A stretch of 33,905 bases of DNA, from positions 1 through 33,905 of the forward strand of contig ADNK01001671.1 in assembly GCA_000320545.1 (NCBI GenBank), given 5' to 3'. The notes beneath the pieces were generated by a model, which saw only the letters and a list, made by a program, of their open reading frames with translations, did not search any database and was not told the origin of the DNA. A program made the translations under genes and the position numbers. The DNA is from Bigelowiella natans CCMP2755 (taxonomy: Eukaryota > Protista > Cercozoa). Within the stretch, counting starts at the first letter, position 1, and each line of letters begins with the position of its first letter. This document shows positions 23,531 through 33,905 of this stretch, one piece after another.

Positions 23531-25080
23531 GTGAGCAACTCTCAATCAATGAAATGGATGAAATGTGGGCATGTCAAATGCCGCATGATGTCCAACGTCA
23601 ATTGAACAGAGTCATGCCAAGATCGCGACCTCATTTTCTTTTTCAGAACAAACAAGAAATGCATTGCATCCAAATGCCATAATGGTGGCATTGTCACTGA
23701 GCTGGAGGCAAGCATTGGCATTGCAATTTGTGCAATGGTTTCCAGCTCAGTCAGACATCCTTTGACTTTGACTATTCATTGAACTCTGCGATGAAGTCAC
23801 ACATGTTTTTGCCATGCTAGCATGTGAATTGTGCAGCAAAACTAGAAAACTCCAATGTGATAATTGTGCTGCAACGCATGGACGCACGTGTAGCGCTAGC
23901 ACGTGCGCAAAAAAGACAGCACTTTTTTTGCTCTCGCTAGCTCTAGAGCTAGCTAGGTCCAAATCCAGCTCTTGTCTAGCTGTGTCACTGCGTGGCAATG
24001 GTGATCAGGTGGTGACTGACCGCAACGCCAACGTCAGTTTCCCGCAACACGCATGCAGGCGCACGATCCACATCATGCATTGACTTCGTTGTTGGCATTC
24101 AACCACTCTGGCACTGGCCACACTTGGTTGACGGCCACACAACGCAATTTGCACAGTTTGAATTGCAATTGCAAAGTGTTCACTGTCCGGGCCCAGCCAA
24201 ACTAGCTGGCTGCAATTCAAATCCCAGCGTGCAGGGCTCTGGGAAAGTGTCAACTGTCCAGGTCTAGTTAGCTTGGCTAGGCCTCAGAAGTGGAGCAAGC
24301 GCCTCCGCAAGCGCTGCCTAGATTTGCTGGTTTGGAGCAATGGACACGATCCAAGTGATGCCTGCTGTCGTGTGCACGACGTGCAAAGACACGAACACGG
24401 CGATGGCAGGCTTGCAGGTGCCTCATTGCGTGCATGCTCCATCGCTGACAAGGTCAGAAGGCCTTCCGCACACCTGCACATGCACGTTGCACCACTTGAC
24501 ACTGCAACTGATTGAGGGAATCGCAGCGTGAAGTCATCTCCGACCTGCCAGGAAAACGAAGGGTGAAGTCACTTTTGCCTGCAATTGTCCGGAACGAGAG
24601 TCCAGCTAGCTAGCCAGCTAGCTAGCTAGCTGGACATTTGAAAATTTCAAGGATCGAAAATTGGTGATCGTTTGACATCACAACAAGGCGTGCACGAACG
24701 CACTGTTGTGTCACCTGTTTGCAACAATCATGCGCCTTTTCATTGTGAATTCACAACTCAGGAAATGATTTCAGGAGCGACAACATCGACAATCAGGTTG
24801 TTTGATTGATGATTGGTTGATTGACCAGCACCATTAGCTGCAAACGAAGGAAAAGAACATCCGACGCCCTCGAACTACCAACTACCAACTGCAGGCTTGG
24901 CAACGAAGGAAGAGCACAAGAGCATGACGCCCGACGCCCGAATGAATGAATTGATTTCGTGACTAGATTGACTAGATCTGCAGGTACCGGTCGTTTCAAA
25001 ACTTTGAGCCTGAATGCTGTGAGAATGCTCTGCACCTGTGCAGCGCGACAACGAAATGAGAGCGCGCATGTGAAACTTGA
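23531..25080. other. TpA-depleted, CTAG/TGCA/CATG-rich intergenic island (possibly a mutationally decayed repeat)
   Basis: Hand count: about 28 TA dinucleotides in 1550 nt, about 19 of them inside CTAG; no microsatellites; several perfect palindromes. Confidence 0.75.
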
Positions 25081-25960
25081 CTACTGTCCTGTTGTCGACA
25101 GTGGATTCTCTTAATCTGTGATGTTCCTTTCCTCCCCCTTTCCACCTCCCTGGTGCCTCTCAGGACAACGTTAACAACGATAGGATATGGCGATCTCACC
25201 ATAGAAAACAACCACTTCATCACGGCTTCCGTGCTGCTCATCGTAAGGCCAAGGAGAGGATGTGATATTTGGGGAGTACCATCAAGTATTTTACATATTT
25301 ACGAATGAATAACCTTGAAGTCCATCCCATATTGGCTTGTCAGATCCACTGTTATCGTCTATTTCCATTTTTCCACGTCCACACAACGACGTCACTTCGG
25401 CAATTTTGTGGGAGTGTCTCTAAGACAAAACATGATTTGTTGATTCTAGTTTCAAAAGGGGCGAGCAATAGACAGGAGCTGCGTATTATGTAGAAATACC
25501 GTAGATAACTTGTTCTTGTACATTCACTATGTACGTACAAGCATGCAAGAGAAAGTGGCACATCGCCACATACAAACGTCGCTACCATGTGAAGTAGAAA
25601 GCGTCAAGATAGTTAAGATTCTGCCCGATCATAGCAAATGCAGGGTTCATGCATCACATCCGACAAAATGGAGGTCAGGCGAAGATATACGATGATGATA
25701 TGAAGACAACGGCGTACGAAATTTGGCTTGTGGTGTTCTTTTGGAACTTGGGACTCCCCGGGCTAGTGCTTGGACTTTTACAAATCATAAGAATACGTGT
25801 TTCTATCATATTTGTCAGTTTTGTGCGTTTCCCTTGAAGAAATAGGGACTTACAAGGACGCATGGATCGGAATCCCATCCATTATCAAGGTGTCAACATT
25901 GCAAAGGAGCATCAGCCAACTTTGAACAGCCATCGCGGCAGCACAATTGATCAGTATTAG

Positions 25961-26790
25961 GACAAAAAAACCGCTGGGTCTTTGTCGCAGCGGTAAAATC
26001 TCCACGTATCAAGGAGCCCTTTGATGATGATATTGAATTCATAAATCAGTGGGGAAGAAATATGTTGATAAAAATATTGCCTGCCTTCCCATTTAACAAG
26101 CCTGTTCGGAAAAAAGTAACGAAAACAGTTTCAAAAACCACGATTGGTACACTCTATTTAAATGGGGAAGTTATTTTAAAAAGCGGCATAACTATCCACA
26201 AATTGGAGCTTCTAGATAAGAATGGAGAGGAGTTTCCTAAAAAGTACCCAAAGCAGCTATATCCTACGCTAATTTGGAGTTCGCATAATGAGCCTATGAA
26301 AGCAAATTATTCAAATTATCCGACTCTTATCCACAGTAAGAAACTTCAAAATAGAGAACAACGCTCATTTGCAAGGCAACATTCGGCTTCGCCTATTAGG
26401 GCTATGAGAACAAGTTGTTCGACTCCAAGCTCTAACTCTATCAGTAGATCCTTCTCTTCGAGTACCCACACAATTTATCCAAATGATACGACTATTATCC
26501 ACAGAGGGACCCTTCAAAATAGAGAACAAAGCTTATTTGCAAGGCAACATTCGGGTTCGTCAATTGGGGCTATGAGAACAAGTTATTCGACTTCAAGCTC
26601 TAACTCAATCAATAGATCCTTTTCTTCGAGTACCCACACAATTCCATCCTATTCAAGTTTCGACTCGCCGTCAAATGGTGGAACGCTTGTGGGTAGCCGT
26701 ACAACAGGTCGCCGCACAACCATTGAGACCAAGCGAACAAGTAGTTCAACTCCAATTTCCGTAATTTATGATAAATCATGCAAGTTGTGA
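25961..26790 (+). CDS. Hypothetical Ser/Thr-rich protein or gene fragment with internal 56-aa duplication
   Basis: ORF 26062-26790 stays open upstream to about 25961, after a candidate acceptor. No recognised domain, so it may be a pseudogene. Confidence 0.35.
26308..26643 (+). repeat. Diverged 168-bp tandem duplication (2 copies, in frame)
   Basis: cttcaaaatagagaacaa starts at 26344 and 26512; both copies end tcttcgagtacccacacaatt; peptide LQNREQ..FARQHS.S.I.AMRTS.ST.SSNSI.RSFSSSTHTI occurs twice. Confidence 0.95.
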
Positions 26791-28387
26791 AACAAGTTCT
26801 GATGCAAACACGCCTAGATCAAAGGGATGCTCTCACCATCGTCTCCGACTAATAATGATGACAACGTCAACTGGTGGTTGGATCTACAAGCTCAATTTTT
26901 CCGGCACATACATTTATTTATTATGTGTTTCCTACTTATCATCATTTGCGTGGCCAATATCATAGGTAACTAGGTAACGATACAATAACTAAAACGCCAG
27001 TCATACGATTTTTCCGTGAAGGTGTTTACTTCAAATGATCGAGTTATGACATTTAAACAAATTAGTCTACCTCTTCCTACCGGATTGGCAAGATACTCAA
27101 GGAGATGATAATTTTTACAGGTACAGAGGAAAAAGGCAATATTGTTCTTTATATTGTGCATTAAATCTTTTATTCAGTTGTCCAATAATATTTTCCAGAA
27201 ACAATATAAATCGGTATCTAATCTTGTTCTTCCCGTATTTTCTGGGCATCAATATATGTGCCTTCATATACGCTTTCCTGTTAAGTAAAAAGGTATTTTT
27301 AAAAATTACCAAATGTTCTTCCTGCATACAAACGATGCTATGTAAGCACATGACTTCAATTGCATAGACATTGCACACTTGTAGTAATGCATTTATATTC
27401 ATGAGTTTTATTTCATTTTGTTACTAGTTTGTCAAAAGATGGGGTGCACTGGAAGTTTTAGATCAAAATGCTACGAGTGCATCAAACGATGAAACAAACT
27501 GTAAGCTGCAGGCAAAAAGGAAGGGGGCAAACAATTTCTCAGTTACACTAGAACATGTTATTTCTTCGCTAAGTTGGGATGAATTATGACATTCGACAAT
27601 TAGTATCTACAAGCGTTTCAGCTTGATGACGTCGCATCGATCCTGGTGTGGCTACATGCTGTTCAGAGATTTGAAAACCTGGCTCAAAATAGTTTGTTCA
27701 CAGGCCATGTCTTTTTACTTAGACCTCCAGACTTCAGTGGGTTTTTAAATTTTCTACAGAAATGTCTAACATTAATGCTAATTCTATGTTTAGAGCAGAT
27801 TTTACAAAAACGTCTTTTATGAATCAACTTGAGATCTAAGGACTTCTAACTGTACATGTTTTGACAAATTTGCAGTAAATACAAACACGATGTACAGGAC
27901 TAATGACGCGCATGTATTCAATGCTGCGCGAATGCAGCGCCGCAAAGCTACAGCAGTGAGTCTACCTACGACATGCGGTTACATCGATCAGGAAGGCTAG
28001 TACAGCACTTTTATGTACCAGGAATCACTTCTTTATTTAGCTTGCAGCACTAAGCGCACCTATGTCTAGATGCGCATGCTAGCATGAGCAACTTCAGAAA
28101 TCCAGCACTAGAGCAGCATGCATACATCGCAACTTGCGCACGTCTAGATGTATGCGTTACTTTGATCTGCATCATCCAAAACATCTGTAGGCATGCAAGC
28201 TGCCAAACAACATCGTCAGCAGAGGATGTCTACACTGATCTAGTAATCGATCGCGTGTTCACTCGCTAGCTCGCGATCAGCGAATACTGTGATGTTGTCA
28301 CCTATTAGCTATACCCGGTACGCATCTAAAGCGATAATTTTAAATAGTGTGAAACCTAGTAGCGAAGATGTGCTCTGCTTGTAACGA

Positions 28388-29044
28388 TTAGAACCCTAAT
28401 TTCGATTTCTGTTTTTCCGCCTCGGCTGCCCTTTTCTGTAGATTTTCGTCACAACAAGAAATTGCCATAGATAACAGCGCAATTGTAAGAAAACTGTTGG
28501 GTCCAAGAGTAACGCAGCCACACAGCCCAAAACATAAAAAAAGAATAATGCAATCACAAAAAAATTGCCAATTTGTTTTTATGCTTTTTGAAAAAATCAA
28601 TTGTTGGCACACATCTGTGGGTTTGTTGATTCTGTCTCTGACGGCGATTCTCCCACCTTCGCATACTCAACTTCAGCTTCAACAACTTTGGCAGGTTTTT
28701 TGTACTGAATAATGAGCGTGTTACTGCTGTGCGTGTACGTCAAGACCCCTGGATCGTCCGTTAGCTTAAGTCCAAGAGACTACAAATGTACATCCATAAG
28801 ACAAAAGGAAAGATAAGATACCGTGGCGATATCAGATCGACCATACCGTTTTTTACAGAAAATTGTGTAATTTGATTAACTAGATGCGGATGCACCAAGC
28901 ATGAGTAGAATGCAAAGCACAGAATACTTACCGTTAGTGAAGGCACGTTTATCCGTTTGAAATACTTTTTGTTTGATGTCCTGAGTTGCAGTTTACATTA
29001 TATGAATGTATGCAATATTGTGTGCCTGTGTGTCTGTGTGTTTA

Positions 29045-29106
<62 letters not shown>

Positions 29107-30383
29107 TTTCAATGTATCATCATCATTTACATGTTACCTAAGCACGATTTGCTGTCGTTTGTGATCAATGCTAAGCATGTATACGCTCTTTTCATATGGA
29201 ATGTTCCTAAGCAGGATAGAGAGAAGAATTCGCCCAATGCATAATGAGTCACATCTCCCATACTGTAAATATCCGCATCATTCTTGGTACATGGCACAAA
29301 CGAGCACCACACAACAAAAATCATCACGATGGTGGATTGATGGTACTCCACGATGGTGGATTGCTTGCACAACCTGACTCTCCATTGAAAATGTGTCGGA
29401 GTGTCCTTTTAGTCACAATAACCAGAAATGTTAAAGAAACAGCATAAACCAAAATCCATTTCTTTGCCGACAAATCTATTGAATCGTGCAAACATGAATG
29501 TGTGTTCTGCGTAGCACGAAGAAAGGGCTCTCGCATGAGTAGCGACCACCACCACCCACCACTTGGATACCACCTGGTTTAGGAACTCTGGGTTTTTGCT
29601 CGAAGACGATATCATATCCTTCCGCGGATCAAATGCCTGGAGAAAGAAGGAGGAGTGGACGGGTAAGAAGAATATGAAATGAGAATAATGAGCTGCTACA
29701 AGTAGCACCCTGCTCGGAATGGGTAATTTGGCCACCACCACCTGTTTCTCGGGCTCCCCAACCAGAACTCTCCAGTTGGATATCTTTCCCAGCGTCGACT
29801 TAGACCTTACTTTTCGCAGCACTAGCCTATTGGATCCAATTTCATACTCCTGGTAGTGATAATATGTAAATTAGTTTTTCAGGAGGAGGACCGGGGGGGG
29901 GGGGATAGCGACGATAATGGGGTTGATTGGGGAAGATGAGAAAGATTGCGCCATTATGATTCAAGAGGGATACAGACGATATCGACTACGTATGTCATTG
30001 TGCCAATTTCTAAGTATTGACAGCATTGAATGTTCCATCATCACACCAGGACAGATAAGGATTTATCACCACGTGAACGTGCTCTTCGATAAAACAGCCT
30101 CTCTCTAAGTGTCAGTTTGAGTGTTTCGATTGATCAAACCTCGACCATCTCGGATCCGTCAGGCCATGAAGTATGATGCTTTCGCCGGCTGCCGAAAACC
30201 TATATTCGCACAAAACTGTCACGAGGCCGGATTGCAGAGCACCCATTCCGGTGATGTTTGTTTCAATTCCCTCCTTTCTCCTCCGCATCATCCACTTCCC
30301 AATCGCTAAGATGTTAGAGATTTAACGACCATAGAAGTGGTAGTAGATTTGCCCTTCGGCGCAAACGTGGAGCTATCTGACAT
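28388..30383 (-). CDS. DPCD: Protein DPCD (deleted in primary ciliary dyskinesia homolog), about 9 exons
   Basis: Spliced: MSDSS...GSRRKHHTSWPDGSEMVEEYEIGSNRLVLRKVRSKSTLGKISNWRVLVGEP...SSKNPEFLNQDTPTHFQWRVRNIPYEKSVYMLSIDHKRQQIVLRTSNKKYFKRINVPSL...HSSNTLIIQYKKPAKVVEAE, collinear with the DPCD family consensus. Confidence 0.93.
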
Positions 30384-30884
30384 GCCCTGCGTTATGTTCA
30401 ATCAGCTTTTGGGGAGGGTGGAGGTGGAGGAGCTTTGCTTTTTTTGCGGGAAAAACGCACTCACTCCCAACAACCGTTTTTTAGCATATCACCTCTAATT
30501 ATTGACAACGACCAGAATATTAATATTGTCGCAGTCTCAAATATTCCAGAGAAGTTTTCGGAATCATGTATGTAGGAGAAAAACAGAAAGTTCCTTCTCT
30601 GCGTCTTACCTAAATAACTGCTATATTGTACTAAAATCGTCAGGAAATGAAGCTCTTTTTTGATGGAAACATAGATTAATTTCTTTGTCGTCATACATTT
30701 TATGAGTCCCTTTCGGAATTTTTACTTGCTTTAAATCCAAAGGATCAACGAGCGACGGTGGGAGAGCTCTTGGACGACGGACGGGGAGGGGATATCGATC
30801 GAGAAAAGTGTAGAGAGAAGAGTAGCAAGACACTCTGTCCCACCATTCATCAGGCCAAAGCAAGTTCCTTCCTACCTCTGGTAT

Positions 30885-33905
<3,021 letters not shown>

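Noticed and set aside
23747-25069. Many overlapping Cys/His-rich ORFs suggesting zinc fingers
   Set aside because: Expected artefact of TpA loss (few TAA/TAG stops; Tyr codons become Cys/His); no transposase, RT or zinc-finger spacing recognised.
29325-29363. 15-bp direct repeat cacgatggtggattg x2 with 9-nt spacer
   Set aside because: Only two copies inside a DPCD intron; a simple local duplication, not a CRISPR-like array.

Overview
Gene-dense, intron-rich eukaryotic nuclear DNA with microsatellite-laden introns. Two proteins with signal peptide + Arg/Ser-rich transit-like presequences and a DPCD gene point to an alga with a complex plastid, most likely a chlorarachniophyte (inference). Manual splicing gives six recognisable genes: (1) a large minus-strand Rab-GAP with an unusual SH3-like + VPS13/ATG2 C-terminal-like + TBC architecture (<1..~7976); (2) an intronless VIT1/CCC1 Fe/Mn transporter (8647..9483); (3) a VGT/xylose-symporter-like sugar porter with bipartite presequence (10090..16308, -); (4) an Asp/Arg beta-hydroxylase-family dioxygenase with bipartite presequence (20600..23498, +); (5) DPCD (28388..30383, -); (6) a membrane-anchored prolyl 4-hydroxylase-like gene running off the right edge. 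Two weak hypothetical genes are also noted. The most striking non-genic signal is a sharply bounded ~1.5 kb island (23531..25080) where TpA is almost absent except inside CTAG, suggesting a context-specific TpA->TpG/CpA mutational process. Most ORFs in the supplied track are microsatellite or antisense artefacts. All gene models are hand-built and no database searches were run.
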